DNA of 64,000 nt from an uncultured Solirubrobacterales bacterium (GCA_963816505.1 CAWFKT010000002.1:448895-512894); one strand, 5' to 3'. Positions 8,142 through 18,141 are shown, counted from the stretch's first letter. The notes: generated by a model not told the origin, from the sequence alone. A program made the numbers and translations.

Positions 8142-9215
8142 TCACGCACCAGTGTGCGCTCCCCTCGTCAGCCTCCCTGCATCCCCCGACCTACTTGACT
8201 GGTCGCCGTCTATGGCCAGTTCGAGGATCTTCTCGACCAGACCCTCGAACGACATGCCGGCCGCCTCAGCGGCCTGGGGGAGGAGGCTGGTGTCGGTGAG
8301 GCCCGGGATCGCGTTGACCTCGAGCACCTGCGGCCCGTCGGCGGCGAGGATCAGGTCGACGCGGGAGAAGCCCGCGCAGCCGAGCGTCTCGTAGGCGGCC
8401 AGCGCGGTCGTCGGTGACAGCGCCGGCCTCCGCCTCGCCGAGCTTGGCCGGGCAGACGAACTCGGTGCGGCCGATCTCGTAGCGGGCTTCGAAGTCGTAG
8501 CTGTCGCCGGCTCGCGGGATCGCCTCGACGATCGGCAGCGGCTCGCCGCCGAGCACGCTGACCGCCAGCTCGCGGCCGTCGACGAAGCGCTCGAGCAGCA
8601 CCCGGTCGTCGTAGCTGAAGGCGGAGACCAGCGCCTCGGGCACGTCGAACCAGGTCTCGGCGAACTTGATCCCCAGCGCCGACCCACCGCGGCTCGGCTT
8701 GACCACGAGCGGGAAGCCGAGGCGCTCCTCGAGCCCGGCCGAGCGCGTCGGCGGCGCCGAGCTCGCGGAAGGCGGTCTCGTTGAAGGCGAACCAGTCGGG
8801 TGTCGGGATGCCGGCCGAGCGCAGCTCGTGCTTGGCGAGGACCTTGTCGATGCAGCGCGCGCAGGCAGCGACGCCCGGGCCCGGTGAAGGGGATGCCGAG
8901 GATTTCGAGCAGCTCCTGAGCGGTTCCGTCCTCGCCGCCCGGGCCGTGCATGGCGACGAAGGCGATGTCGGGCCTCTCGGTGCCCAGGCGCTTGACCAGA
9001 TCGCCGTCGGCTTCCAGCGGCAGCACCTCGTGGCCGAGCCGCCCGAGGGCGTCTTCGACCCGGGCGCCGGAGCGCAGCGAGACCCCGCGCTCGAGCGAGC
9101 GACCGCCTTTGAGCACGGCGACCTTCACGCGCCCTCGGCCTTCCGGAACGGCAACACGTCTCCGCCGGCCTTCTTCGACCCGCCACCTCCGGACGCGGAA
9201 CCCAGGCGAATCCAT
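8142..9215 (-). pseudogene. ddl: D-alanine--D-alanine ligase, reading frame broken about three times as assembled
   Basis: VKVAVLKGGRSLERGVSLRSG..., ...FVAMHGPGGEDGTAQELLEILGIPFTGPG, ...FPLVVKPSRGGSALGI..., ...GCAGFSRVDLIL...VLEVNAIPGLT... lie in three frames (shifts near 8872, 8737, 8410). Start is ATG 9215 (AAGGAG 6 nt upstream) or GTG 9128. Confidence 0.85.
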
Positions 9216-10558
9216 ATCTGACTCCTTCGCCTGGGTGGAGCAGCGGAGGTGGCGGGTTTCGAGGTCAGCGCGCCGTAGAGTTCGACCTGCTCGCCGATCG
9301 CCTTGCCGATGCGGCGGATGCCCTCGCGGATCTCGTCCTCGCTGCCGGCTGAGAAGTTGAGCCGCATCGAGTTGCTGCCCGCGCCCGTCGACATAGGCGG
9401 CCTGGCCGGGGACGAAGGCGACGTTCTCGCGCAGCGCCTTCGCCAGCAGGTCGCTGGTGTCGATGTAGGGGGGCAGCGTCGCCCAGATGAAGAGGCCGCC
9501 GTCGGGCTCGGTCCAGGTCGCCTGGGCCGGGAAGTAGCGATCGCAGCGCCTCGATCATCGCGTCGCGCCGGCCGCGGTAGATCCCGATCAGGCTCTCGAC
9601 GTACTCGCGCCAGCGGCCTTCGGCGAAGTACTCGCGGACGAAGTACTGGGTCAGGGTCGAAGTGCAGAGGTCGGCCGCCTGCTTGCCGAGCACGACCTTG
9701 TCCATCACCGGCGGCGGCGCCACCGCCCAGCCGAGGCGGATGCCGGGCGAGAGGATCTTCGAGAAGGTGCCGATGTAGATGACGAAGTCGCCGCCGTCGA
9801 GCTGGTAGAGCGGCGGCAGTGGATCGCCCTCGAAGCGGAGCAGCCCGTAGGGGTTGTCCTCGACGACGAGCAGCTCGCGCGAGCGGGCCAGCTCGACCAG
9901 GCGCCGGCGCCGTTCGAGCGACATCGTCACCCCGGCCGGGTTCTGGAAGGTCGGCACCGAGTAGACGAACTTGGGCCGCCGCCCTTCGCCGTCGAGCCGC
10001 TCGCAGGGACGCCTCGAGCTCGTCGATCCGCATCCCCTCCGAGTCGCACTCGATCTGGATCGTCTCGGCCTGGTAGCTGCAGAAGACCGGGATCGCGCCG
10101 GGATAGGTCGGCGCCTCGCAGATCACCGCGTCGCCGGGGTCGACCAGCGTCTTGCAGAGCAGGTCGATCGCCTGCTGGCCGCCGGTGGTGACGATCACGT
10201 CCTCGGGGTCGGGCAGCATCCCCTCGGCCCCCATCACCTCGACGATGCAGTCGACGGTCTCGCCGAAGCCCTCGGTCGGGCCGTACTGGAGCGCCTCGGC
10301 CGCCGACTCCTGGGCGATCCGCGTCATCTGCGCGGCGAAGGCCTTTGGCGGGAAGGTCGAGGTGTCGGGCAGCCCGCCGGCGAGGGAGATCACGTCCGGC
10401 CGCGCCGTGACCGCCATCAGGTCGCGCATCGCCGAGGAGCGCATCACCCGGGTCCGCTCGGCGAAGAGGCCGGCGTAGCGCTCGAGGTCGCTGCTGCGGG
10501 CGTGGGCGCGGCGGCGATGAGGGGGATCGGGCATCCGAATAGTGTGGCGGATCGGCAC
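9125..10558 (-). pseudogene. Class I/II PLP-dependent aminotransferase (2-aminoadipate/LysN-like), frame broken about three times as assembled
   Basis: ...SLAGGLPDTSTFP..., ...VTTGGQQAIDLLCKTLVDPGD..., ...PTFQNPAGVTMS..., ...IYIGTFSKILSPGIRLGW... (PLP lysine in SK) lie in three frames (shifts near 10000, 9545, 9388). The stop overlaps ddl GTG 9128. Confidence 0.75.
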
Positions 10559-10587
10559 AGAGTCGCCGGGGGAGCTAGGTTTTCGGC

Positions 10588-11022
10588 GTGGGATCTTTCT
10601 CCGGAATCTGCCTCGAGCTCGGCGTCGGCATCGCGATCGGGATGCTCGCCGGCACCACCGGCACGCACGGCTCCGCCCGCGGGCGGATGACGATCCTGGC
10701 CGGAGTGATCGCCCTCGTGATCGGCTTTCTGCTTTCCGGCAGCGCCGAAGTGAGCAGCCTGGCGGGCGCCTTCTTCTGCCTCGTCGGCGCGGTGTTCGCC
10801 TGCCTGGTCGTCAGCGACGTGGTCAGCGGCGCCGGCCGGCGCGAGGGCGGCGGCAGCGGCGCCCTGGGCTTCCTCGTCTCGGTAGCGGCTCTAATCGTCC
10901 TAGCGATCGCAATTCTGATCTCACCAGCCATCCTGCTGATCATCGCCGCCTTGGTCTGGCTCGGTATCTCACGCCGGCGACGCGCCCAGCGTAAACACGC
11001 TGGACTGCGCGTACTGCGCTAA
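10588..11022 (+). CDS. Small integral membrane protein, unassigned
   Basis: 144 aa with about four hydrophobic helices (e.g. ILAGVIALVIGFLL, FFCLVGAVFACLVV, VAALIVLAIAILISPAILLIIAALVWLGI). No family recognised. Confidence 0.55.
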   Translation: MGSFSGICLELGVGIAIGMLAGTTGTHGSARGRMTILAGVIALVIGFLLSGSAEVSSLAGAFFCLVGAVFACLVVSDVVSGAGRREGGGSGALGFLVSVAALIVLAIAILISPAILLIIAALVWLGISRRRRAQRKHAGLRVLR

Positions 11023-11135
11023 GGCCTTCCCCGGTAGGGGTGGAACGTCTTGTACTTTTCCGGCAGCCGCTCGCGGCGTCAGCAGACGCGTCCACACCGG
11101 AAAAGTTAAGTGGAACCCCTACCGGGGAAGGCCTT
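11021..11135 (-). repeat. Palindromic element D (core-bearing family, reverse orientation)
   Basis: Arms AAGGCCTTCCCCGGTAGGGGT (11021-11041) and the exact reverse complement (11115-11135), 21/21 bp. Interior is CTTGTACTTTTCCGG...GTCAGCAG...CCGGAAAAGTTAAG, the reverse complement of the B-type core. Confidence 0.9.
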
Positions 11136-11167
11136 CGGCCACCACCGCGGTTGAGGATGATGCGCTG

Positions 11168-12685
11168 GTGCCCGCCAAGAAGCTGATCCTCACCTACGTC
11201 GACTCGTTGCGCACCGACATGCTCGTGCGCGCCGTCGACGAGGGGCGGGCGCCCACGTTCGGCGCCCTGATCGAGCGCGGCTCGCTGATCCCGGACTGCG
11301 TCTCCAGCTTCCCCTCCGTGACCCCGGTTGCCTGCGCCGAGATGGTCAGCGGCAGCGGTGCGGACGGGCACTGGATCAGCGGCATGAACTGGTACCACCG
11401 GCTCGAGCGACGCTACGTCGAGTACGGCTCCTCGCTGGAGGCGAGCCGCACCGTCGGCGTCTTTCGCACCCTCTACGACCTCGTCTACAACATGAACCTG
11501 GCCCACCTCAACCCCTCGATCGAGACCCTCTTCGAGCAGCTCGACGACGCCGGCCTGCGCACCGCCTGCACGCCCTTCCTGATCTACCGCGGCCGCCACC
11601 GCCACCAGGTATCGCTCGACGGGCTGCTGCGCCGCGCGGTCGACGCCACCCGGCTCAAGTTCCGCCACCACACCTGGGGGCCCGGCGAGCTCTTCTACGG
11701 CGACCTCTACGCCAGCCGCGAGGTTCCCTGCAAGTCGACCTCGATCCCGGGCAGCCGCGACGGCTACTCGGCCTGCTGCTCGGCGGAGCTGATCAAGGAC
11801 GACGGCTTCGACTTCCTGCTCTTCTCGCTTCCCGACAACGACAACTACTCGCACCGCTTCGGGCCGCAGGCCAGCGTCGAGTCGATCGCCAAGGCCGACC
11901 ACTGCTTCGGCAAAGTCGTCGATGCGGCGGGCGATCTCGACACCTTCCTCGACCGCTACGCGGTGATCCTGCTCGCCGACCACGCCCAGACGCCGGTGCA
12001 CCGCGGCCTGCCGCTGGCCGAGCTGCTCGGCCGTGAGTGGTCGGTGCTGCGCCCCTCGGAGTCCGAGCCGCAGAAAGCGCAGCTGGCGGTCAGCCCGACC
12101 GGCCGCGCCGCCCACGTCTACCTGCTGGCGGGGGAGGGGGAGCGGGCCGACCCTGAGGCGGTGGGGCGAGCGCTGGGCGAGATCGAAGGCGTCGACCTGG
12201 TCTGCTGGATGGAGACGGTCGACGGCGCGCCGCTGAGGCGAGAAGAGCCGGGCACGCCGGGAAGCGACGCGGTCGCGGTGATCGAACGAGACGGCCGGCG
12301 ACTCAGCTTCGGTCCCGGTACTGCCGCGGCCGATCTCCGCGGTGGGCACTGGCAGCTCGACGGGGACCTCGCCGTCTTGGAGGCAACGATCGAGGGCGGT
12401 CGGCTGCGCAGCGAGGCCTATCCTGACCCGCTCGCCCGAGTCTGGTCGGCGCTGAGCGGCCCGCACGCCGGCGACTTCATCGTCTCCCTGGCGGAGGGCT
12501 ACGAGGCAGTCGACTGGGGAGGCGTCTCCCACGCCGGCGGCGGCAGCCACGGCGCCCTCCAAGCCGGCGACTCGCTCGGCCCGCTCCTCTTCGTCGGCTG
12601 CGGCCCAGACGACCCAGGCCGGCGAGAGCAATGGGCTCTGCGCGATGTGACCCCCGTGGTGCTTGACCACTTCGGATTGACCTGA
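11168..12685 (+). CDS. Alkaline-phosphatase-superfamily type I phosphodiesterase/nucleotide pyrophosphatase-like protein
   Basis: ...TYVDSLRTDML...SSFPSVTPVACAEMVSG..., ...LFSLPDNDNYSHRFGP..., ...ILLADHAQ... resemble metal and nucleophile motifs of the AlkP superfamily. 505 aa. Confidence 0.65.
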   Translation: MPAKKLILTYVDSLRTDMLVRAVDEGRAPTFGALIERGSLIPDCVSSFPSVTPVACAEMVSGSGADGHWISGMNWYHRLERRYVEYGSSLEASRTVGVFRTLYDLVYNMNLAHLNPSIETLFEQLDDAGLRTACTPFLIYRGRHRHQVSLDGLLRRAVDATRLKFRHHTWGPGELFYGDLYASREVPCKSTSIPGSRDGYSACCSAELIKDDGFDFLLFSLPDNDNYSHRFGPQASVESIAKADHCFGKVVDAAGDLDTFLDRYAVILLADHAQTPVHRGLPLAELLGREWSVLRPSESEPQKAQLAVSPTGRAAHVYLLAGEGERADPEAVGRALGEIEGVDLVCWMETVDGAPLRREEPGTPGSDAVAVIERDGRRLSFGPGTAAADLRGGHWQLDGDLAVLEATIEGGRLRSEAYPDPLARVWSALSGPHAGDFIVSLAEGYEAVDWGGVSHAGGGSHGALQAGDSLGPLLFVGCGPDDPGRREQWALRDVTPVVLDHFGLT

Positions 12686-14358
12686 TGCGGAAGAGCGCCC
12701 TGTGCCTCCTGCTCTTTGTGGCGCTCCTCTTGCCCGCAACCGCATCGGCCGAGGTCGGCGCATCGCAAGCGACCCGCATCGCCGCGCATGACCCGAATGC
12801 AATCAAGGAGCGCGAAGAGAACACGGTGCTCACCCACAGCGCCAGCAAGGTCGAAGGCAGCTGGGATGTCGCCTACTTCGCCGACGAAAAAGAGGTCGCG
12901 CTGGTCATCGTCGACCCGAAGACCGGCCGCGTGCGCGAGTCGTGGACCGGCTATCAGGTCGCCTGGAAAATGGCCCGCGGCTACTCCGGCGCCTTCGGCC
13001 ACAAGCTCAACGCCCCCTACGTCTTCCTGCCGCTCTGCGCGATCTTCCTGCTCGGGCTGGTCGACTGGCGGCGGTTGAGGCGCATCGCCAACCTCGACCT
13101 CGTCTTCCTGCTCGGCTTCGGCGTCTCCAACTTCTTCTTCAACCGGGCCGAAATCGGCGTCTCGGTCCCGCTCCAGTACATCCCGCTCGTCTACCTCTTC
13201 GGCCGGGCGCTGTGGATCGGCCTGCGTGGCCGGGGGGAGGGGATCAAGCCCGCCTGGCCGGCAGCCTGGCTGCTCGTCGCCGCGCTCTTCCTGATCGGCT
13301 TCAGGGTCGGGCTCAACATGGCCGACTCGGGCGCGATCGACGTCGGCTACGCCGGCGTGGTCGGCGCCGATCGGATCTCCCACGGCGAACCGATCTACGG
13401 CAACTTCCCCAAAGACGTCTCCCAGGGAGACACCTACGGCCCGGTCAACTACTTCGCCTACGTCCCCTTCGAGCGGATCTGGCCCTGGTCGGGAACCTGG
13501 AACGACCTCCCCGCAGCCCACGGCGCGGCGGTCTTCTTCGACCTAGCCACCTTCGCCCTCCTGATCCTCCTGGGCCGCCGAATCCGCCCCGGCCCCGAGG
13601 GCAACAAACTCGCAGCGACCCTGGCCTTCGGCTGGGCGGCATACCCCTACACGGCCTACGCCCTCCTATCGAACTCCAACGACACCCTGGTGGCGATGCT
13701 GCTGGTGGCAACACTGTTGGCACTGGCGCGCCCTGCTGCTCGAGGTGTCATGGCGGCACTTGCGACGCTGGCAAAGTTCGCACCGGCGGTGTTGGTCCCG
13801 ATGCTCGCGACGTATCGGCCCGCGGGTCCTGTCGCCGCAGGGGACCCACCACCCCTTCCGGTCGCTAAAGCGTCCTCAGGGGAGGTCCCCCCTGCGACGC
13901 CACCCGCGGGAGTGAAGTTTGCGATTGCTTTCGCACTCACAGCGCTTGCCCTGCTGCTGTGGCCCGCGATAGATCCCGGCCTGCACACGTTCTACGACCG
14001 GACGATTGCCTATCAAGCCGGCCGAAATTCACCATTCAGCATCTGGGGGCAGGTAGCTTGGCTGGAACCCGCACGCATCGCGATCCTCGCAGCAGTCGCC
14101 GCCCTCGCCCTGCTCTTTGCTTTCCGCCCCAAGGAGAAGAAGCTCACGCAAGTAGCAGCGCTGGGTGCGTCTCTCCTAATCGGCCTGCAGCTAACGATGC
14201 ACCACTGGTTCTACCTCTACATAGTCTGGTTCTACCCACTACTCCTCATAGCCCTGGTGTCCCTGGAAAGGAAGTCGGATACCCCTCCGAACGGCTTGTA
14301 CTTTTTCGGCGATACAAACTCGGCCAGCCGATCACTCTCCACCGAAAAAGTTGAGTGA
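12685..14358 (+). CDS. Polytopic GT-C-like membrane glycosyltransferase (DUF2029/GT87-like) with N-terminal extracytoplasmic domain
   Basis: Signal peptide, about 90 aa soluble domain, then at least 10 hydrophobic helices. Loop ...DVGYAGVVGADRISHGEPIYG...DTYGPVNYFAYVP... The ATG overlaps the upstream stop (TGATG). The last ~29 codons lie inside repeat E. Confidence 0.55.
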   Translation: MRKSALCLLLFVALLLPATASAEVGASQATRIAAHDPNAIKEREENTVLTHSASKVEGSWDVAYFADEKEVALVIVDPKTGRVRESWTGYQVAWKMARGYSGAFGHKLNAPYVFLPLCAIFLLGLVDWRRLRRIANLDLVFLLGFGVSNFFFNRAEIGVSVPLQYIPLVYLFGRALWIGLRGRGEGIKPAWPAAWLLVAALFLIGFRVGLNMADSGAIDVGYAGVVGADRISHGEPIYGNFPKDVSQGDTYGPVNYFAYVPFERIWPWSGTWNDLPAAHGAAVFFDLATFALLILLGRRIRPGPEGNKLAATLAFGWAAYPYTAYALLSNSNDTLVAMLLVATLLALARPAARGVMAALATLAKFAPAVLVPMLATYRPAGPVAAGDPPPLPVAKASSGEVPPATPPAGVKFAIAFALTALALLLWPAIDPGLHTFYDRTIAYQAGRNSPFSIWGQVAWLEPARIAILAAVAALALLFAFRPKEKKLTQVAALGASLLIGLQLTMHHWFYLYIVWFYPLLLIALVSLERKSDTPPNGLYFFGDTNSASRSLSTEKVE

Positions 14359-14377
14359 GGAGGGGTATCCGACTTCC
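14270..14377 (-). repeat. Palindromic element E (core-bearing family, reverse orientation)
   Basis: Arms GGAAGTCGGATACCCCTCC (14270-14288) and the exact reverse complement (14359-14377), 19/19 bp. Interior is CTTGTACTTTTTCGG...CCGAAAAAGTTGAGTG. Confidence 0.9.
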
Positions 14378-14392
14378 CACCCGGTACCGGGT

Positions 14393-15175
14393 CTAAGAGG
14401 TAGGAGCGGGCACCATCACAGGTGTAATCGAGTCAGCAAGCCCTCGGTCGTTAACGTCAACCGCCGCCCCCATAACCCAGACATCCTCCTCGGCAGTCTC
14501 GAACTTAACCGGCATCTGAGTGATCATCGACTCAAGGATCAGCTCCGGTTTCACCCCCAGCACACTCGTCCGCGACCCGGTCATGCCCACGTCGGAGATG
14601 AACGCGGTCCCCTGCGGCAGCACCCGCGCGTCCGCAGTCGGCACGTGTGTGTGCGTCCCCAGCACGGCCGCGGCCCGCCCGTCGAGGTGCCAGCCCATCG
14701 CCACCTTCTCGCTGGTCACCTCGGCGTGGAAGTCGACGATCGAGAAGTCGCACTCGATCTTCTCGAGGATGCTATCGACCTCGTGGAAGGGCGAGCGGGC
14801 GACCTTGAGCCCGATCGCGCCGCTGAGGTTGATCACGCCGACGCGGCGCCCGCCCGCTTCGACCACCGTGTAGCCGCGGCCGGGGTTGGCGTAGGGGTAG
14901 TTCGCCGGTCGCACCACCCGGTCGCTGCGGTTGAGGAAGCCGTAGACCTCGCGGTGGCGGTAGACGTGGTTGCCGGTCGTGATCACGTCGGTGCCGGCGT
15001 CGAAAAGGGCTTTCGCCGTCTTCTCGGTGATCCCCATCCCGCCGGCCGAGTTCTCGCCGTTGACCACGACCAGGTCCGGCGCGAAGCGCTCGCGCAGCGC
15101 CGGCATCGCGTCTCTCAGCCCGCGCCGGCCCGGTCCGCCCACCACATCGCCGATGAATAGCACCACCATGGTCAC
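14393..15175 (-). CDS. YmdB-like (TIGR00282) metallophosphoesterase
   Basis: ...VLFIGDVVGGPGRR...VVVNGENSAGGMGIT...TGNHVY...DFHAEVTSEK...GTHTHVPTAD... are calcineurin-like phosphoesterase motifs in the YmdB arrangement. 260 aa. Confidence 0.85.
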   Translation of the reverse strand: MTMVVLFIGDVVGGPGRRGLRDAMPALRERFAPDLVVVNGENSAGGMGITEKTAKALFDAGTDVITTGNHVYRHREVYGFLNRSDRVVRPANYPYANPGRGYTVVEAGGRRVGVINLSGAIGLKVARSPFHEVDSILEKIECDFSIVDFHAEVTSEKVAMGWHLDGRAAAVLGTHTHVPTADARVLPQGTAFISDVGMTGSRTSVLGVKPELILESMITQMPVKFETAEEDVWVMGAAVDVNDRGLADSITPVMVPAPTS

Positions 15176-15193
15176 CTGACCCTATCTGCGATA

Positions 15194-15901
15194 TTGCGCC
15201 GAGGTGGAGATTTGAGAGAGCGCAGCGATGTCCTGGAGCGCGCGATGGGCTACCCGTACCCGGCGCCGTCGCGTCCCTTCGTGCAGCAGGGCCACGCCAC
15301 GATCGATCCCGCCGAGGTCGAGGTCGATTGGAGCGGCCGGGTGCCGGTTCTGGCCTACGGCTCCAATGCCGCCCCCCGGGCGCTGGCCCACAAGCTCGCG
15401 CTCAGCGACGACCCCGTCCTCGTCGTCCCGGCCTGGCTGCACGATTTCGACGTCGTCTACTCGGCCCACATCTCTCCCTACGGCGCGGTGCCGGCGACGC
15501 TGCAGCGCAGCCCCGGAACGGCCGCCCGCGTGCACCTCGCCCAGATGACCGAGGAGCAGGTCGTGCTCGTCTCGGCGACCGAGCCGAACTACGAGGCGGT
15601 GACGCTCGAGGACGTCGAGTGCCGGCCCGAGGGCGGCGAGGTCGTGACCCGGCTCTCCGCCTACTTCAGCCGCCACGGCTGTCTGCTCGTCGACGGCTCC
15701 GAGGTCGCCCTCTCGGCGGTGCAGGCAAGCGGCAGGACCTTCGCCTCGATGAGCGAGCCCGAGGTTCTGGAGTACGTCAGAGGGGCCTGCTGCCCGGACG
15801 ACGACATCGAGGAGTTCGTCCTCGCCAACGTCACCGATCCCGCCCTGGCGGACTCGCGAACCGCGACGCTGGCGCGGCGGCCGGGGCCGATCTCCTCCTA
15901 G
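15194..15901 (+). CDS. Gamma-glutamylcyclotransferase/AIG2-like fold protein (tentative)
   Basis: ...VPVLAYGSNAAPRAL... matches the YGSN(L) N-terminal motif of the GGCT family. The rest is unassigned. The likely start is ATG 15245 (MGYPYP...). Confidence 0.4.
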   Translation: MRRGGDLRERSDVLERAMGYPYPAPSRPFVQQGHATIDPAEVEVDWSGRVPVLAYGSNAAPRALAHKLALSDDPVLVVPAWLHDFDVVYSAHISPYGAVPATLQRSPGTAARVHLAQMTEEQVVLVSATEPNYEAVTLEDVECRPEGGEVVTRLSAYFSRHGCLLVDGSEVALSAVQASGRTFASMSEPEVLEYVRGACCPDDDIEEFVLANVTDPALADSRTATLARRPGPISS

Positions 15902-17250
15902 ACCGCGGCGAAGCGGCGCAGGGCGAAACGGGCGAGAAGGCCGTAGGCGACGATCAGGATCGCCAGGTGCGCGAGCGCCGCCGCGATGCTCGGCCCGGCC
16001 GGGTCCAGGGCGCCGGTCATCGCCTGCAGCGCAGGCTTGAAGGGGAAGAGGGCGGTGATCAGATCGATCGCCCCGTTGAGCGCCGGCCCGACAGTGCCGG
16101 AGGGGATCAGCGAGAGGAAGGCGATCGGCAGCGTCACCATGAAGGCCAGCAAGGAGACGGCGCGGACCTCGCGCGCGGCCGCGCCAAGCGCGGCGCCGGC
16201 CGTCCCCAGGGCGGCGCCCCCGGCGACGATCGCCGCCAGCCAGAGGCCGATGCGGCCCCAGTGCAGGGGCACGAAGAAGGAAAGGCCTGCCAGCATCAGC
16301 AGCGTCACGACCAGGCCGACCGCGACCCCTAGCGCGACCTTCTCGGTGAGCAGGGCCGAGCGCGAGACGAGCCCGCGGGTGAGCCGGGGAAAGGCGTTCT
16401 CCTCTCGCTCCAGGGCAAGCGAGCCGGCGACGAGCAGGACGGTGACGAAGGCGAGGGTGAAGGTCGCGGCGACGGCGATCGCGAAGACTTCGAGCGGTGG
16501 GGTGGAGGCGTTGAGCACCTGCTTCTTGACCGCGATCGGTTGGGTGAGGCGGGTGAGCAGCGGCGCCGCAGTGCCGAGGTTGGCCCGGGTGAGGGTGGTG
16601 AACCTGAGCACCTGGTCGAGCGAATCGCGCAGCGGTCCGGGCGGCAGTGCCGGCCGCAGAGCCGAGAGGATGCGAGCGGTGTTGTGCAGGCCGAGGATCT
16701 GGATCGTCTGGCCGAGCACGCTGAAGTTGCCGCCGTTGAGGATCAGCCCCATGAACTTGCCGCCTTCGGCGGCGATCCGGCGGGCGATCACCAGGTTGGC
16801 CTGGGTCAGCAGCGAGTCGATCCGGTCGTTGACCAGGCGCGCCTTGACCGGGTCCTCCTCGTTGACGATCACTTCGACCTGGGGAGTGCTGGGGCTGGGG
16901 GTGGAGAGCGAGTTGATCCGTTCGACCAGGTCGCCGGGCAGGATCAGCGCCGCCAGCACGTCACCCGAGCTGACCTCTTCGACCGCTTCGGCGCGACTCT
17001 TCACGTGCACGCACTCGACCCGTTCGCAGATGCGATTGCTGACCCCGATTTTCGGCAGCTGGGTGGTGCCGACGCTGACCCTGGAATCGCTCGGCACGTC
17101 GTTGAGGAAGGCGACCCGTGGCTTCTCGGGCGAGCGCGAGATCGCGAAGCCGACGAGGACCGCGATCAGCACCGGGTAGGCGACCAGCAGGAACGCCTGC
17201 AGGGGGGAGCGGCGGAGGATCTGCAGGTCCTTGAGCAGCAGCCAGCGCAT
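15898..17250 (-). CDS. ABC-2-type transporter permease with large extracytoplasmic loop
   Basis: 450 aa: N-terminal TM, about 200-aa loop, then 5 C-terminal TM helices. Start overlaps the upstream ATPase stop by 1 nt at 17250. Confidence 0.75.
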   Translation of the reverse strand: MRWLLLKDLQILRRSPLQAFLLVAYPVLIAVLVGFAISRSPEKPRVAFLNDVPSDSRVSVGTTQLPKIGVSNRICERVECVHVKSRAEAVEEVSSGDVLAALILPGDLVERINSLSTPSPSTPQVEVIVNEEDPVKARLVNDRIDSLLTQANLVIARRIAAEGGKFMGLILNGGNFSVLGQTIQILGLHNTARILSALRPALPPGPLRDSLDQVLRFTTLTRANLGTAAPLLTRLTQPIAVKKQVLNASTPPLEVFAIAVAATFTLAFVTVLLVAGSLALEREENAFPRLTRGLVSRSALLTEKVALGVAVGLVVTLLMLAGLSFFVPLHWGRIGLWLAAIVAGGAALGTAGAALGAAAREVRAVSLLAFMVTLPIAFLSLIPSGTVGPALNGAIDLITALFPFKPALQAMTGALDPAGPSIAAALAHLAILIVAYGLLARFALRRFAAV

Positions 17251-18011
17251 CAGTGGCCGCGGTGGTGGAGGTAGGCGACGAAGGCTGTCTCGAAGTCCTG
17301 GTCGGCAGCCTCGGGCGCCTCGCGGCGCACGGCCTCGCGGAGGCCCTCGGCGGAGCCGTCGAAGAGCGCCTCGCCGTCGGCGAGCACCAGCAGTCGGCCC
17401 CCGTAGCGCTCCGCCTCCTGGATGTCATGGGTGGAGAAGATCACCGTCGTCCCCCGCCCGGAGGCAAGCGCCGAGACGAAATCCCAAAGCCGAGCCCGCT
17501 GCCGCGGGTCCAACCCCACGCTGGGCTCGTCGAGCAGCAGCACCGAAGGCCGCGCCAGCAGCCCGATCGCAATATTGATCCGCTGCTGGTTGCCACCGGA
17601 GAGCCGAGCCACGATCTCTCCCCGCCGCTCGCCAAGGCCGGTCAACTCCAACATCTCCTCCACGGAAACGCGCGGATCGGAGTGCTTCTCAAGTCGGGCA
17701 AAGAGCAACAGGTTCTCCTCGACGGTCAATCGCCGGTAAAGCGCAGCCTGCTGAGGAACCCAGCCAACCTCACCCTGAGGGACATGAACCTCACCTTCGT
17801 CGGGCTTGGAGATGCCAGCGAGAATCGAGAGCAACGTGGTCTTGCCCGCTCCATTGGGCCCGATCACGGCGACAAGCTCTCCGGCCGAAGCCTCGAAGTC
17901 CACCCCTCGAAGCGCCGGCCGCGCTCCGTACTTCTTCACAAGCTTCCGTGCCTCGAGCACGGCCACGCTAGTCCCGCTCCCCGCATCCATGCGCCGAACG
18001 CTATCCGCCAA
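17250..18011 (-). CDS. ABC transporter ATP-binding protein
   Basis: Walker A GPNGAGKTT, signature LSGGNQQR, Walker B VLLLDEPSVGLD, H-loop STHD. 253 aa. Confidence 0.9.
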   Translation of the reverse strand: MADSVRRMDAGSGTSVAVLEARKLVKKYGARPALRGVDFEASAGELVAVIGPNGAGKTTLLSILAGISKPDEGEVHVPQGEVGWVPQQAALYRRLTVEENLLLFARLEKHSDPRVSVEEMLELTGLGERRGEIVARLSGGNQQRINIAIGLLARPSVLLLDEPSVGLDPRQRARLWDFVSALASGRGTTVIFSTHDIQEAERYGGRLLVLADGEALFDGSAEGLREAVRREAPEAADQDFETAFVAYLHHRGH

Positions 18012-18047
18012 GGGACACCGGCATTGTTAGCTGTGGCTTGAGCGAAG

Positions 18048-18122
18048 GGGACGCGGGTGCCCCTACCCCGGACGCACGGCTTCGCCGTGCTTGAGTGTCC
18101 GGGGTAGGGGCACCCGCGTCCC
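18048..18122. repeat. Palindromic element F (short, core-less relative)
   Basis: Arms GGGACGCGGGTGCCCCTACCCCGGAC (18048-18073) and the exact reverse complement (18097-18122), 26/26 bp. The 23-nt loop GCACGGCTTCGCCGTGCTTGAGT is itself a small hairpin. Confidence 0.9.
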
Positions 18123-18141
18123 TCCCCTAAACTCGGCCCAA

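Noticed and set aside
10940-12802. Very long ORFs antisense to recognisable genes. Examples: 10940..12802 (-), 33673..35073 (-), 34815..36254 (-), 37912..39450 (-), 44646..46208 (-), 51237..53237 (-), 53311..54558 (+), 60598..63636 (+).
   Set aside because: Their translations are Arg/Gly/Asp/Ala/Pro-rich low-complexity strings with no family motifs, while the opposite strand encodes clear homologs. Stop-codon scarcity in high-GC DNA explains them.
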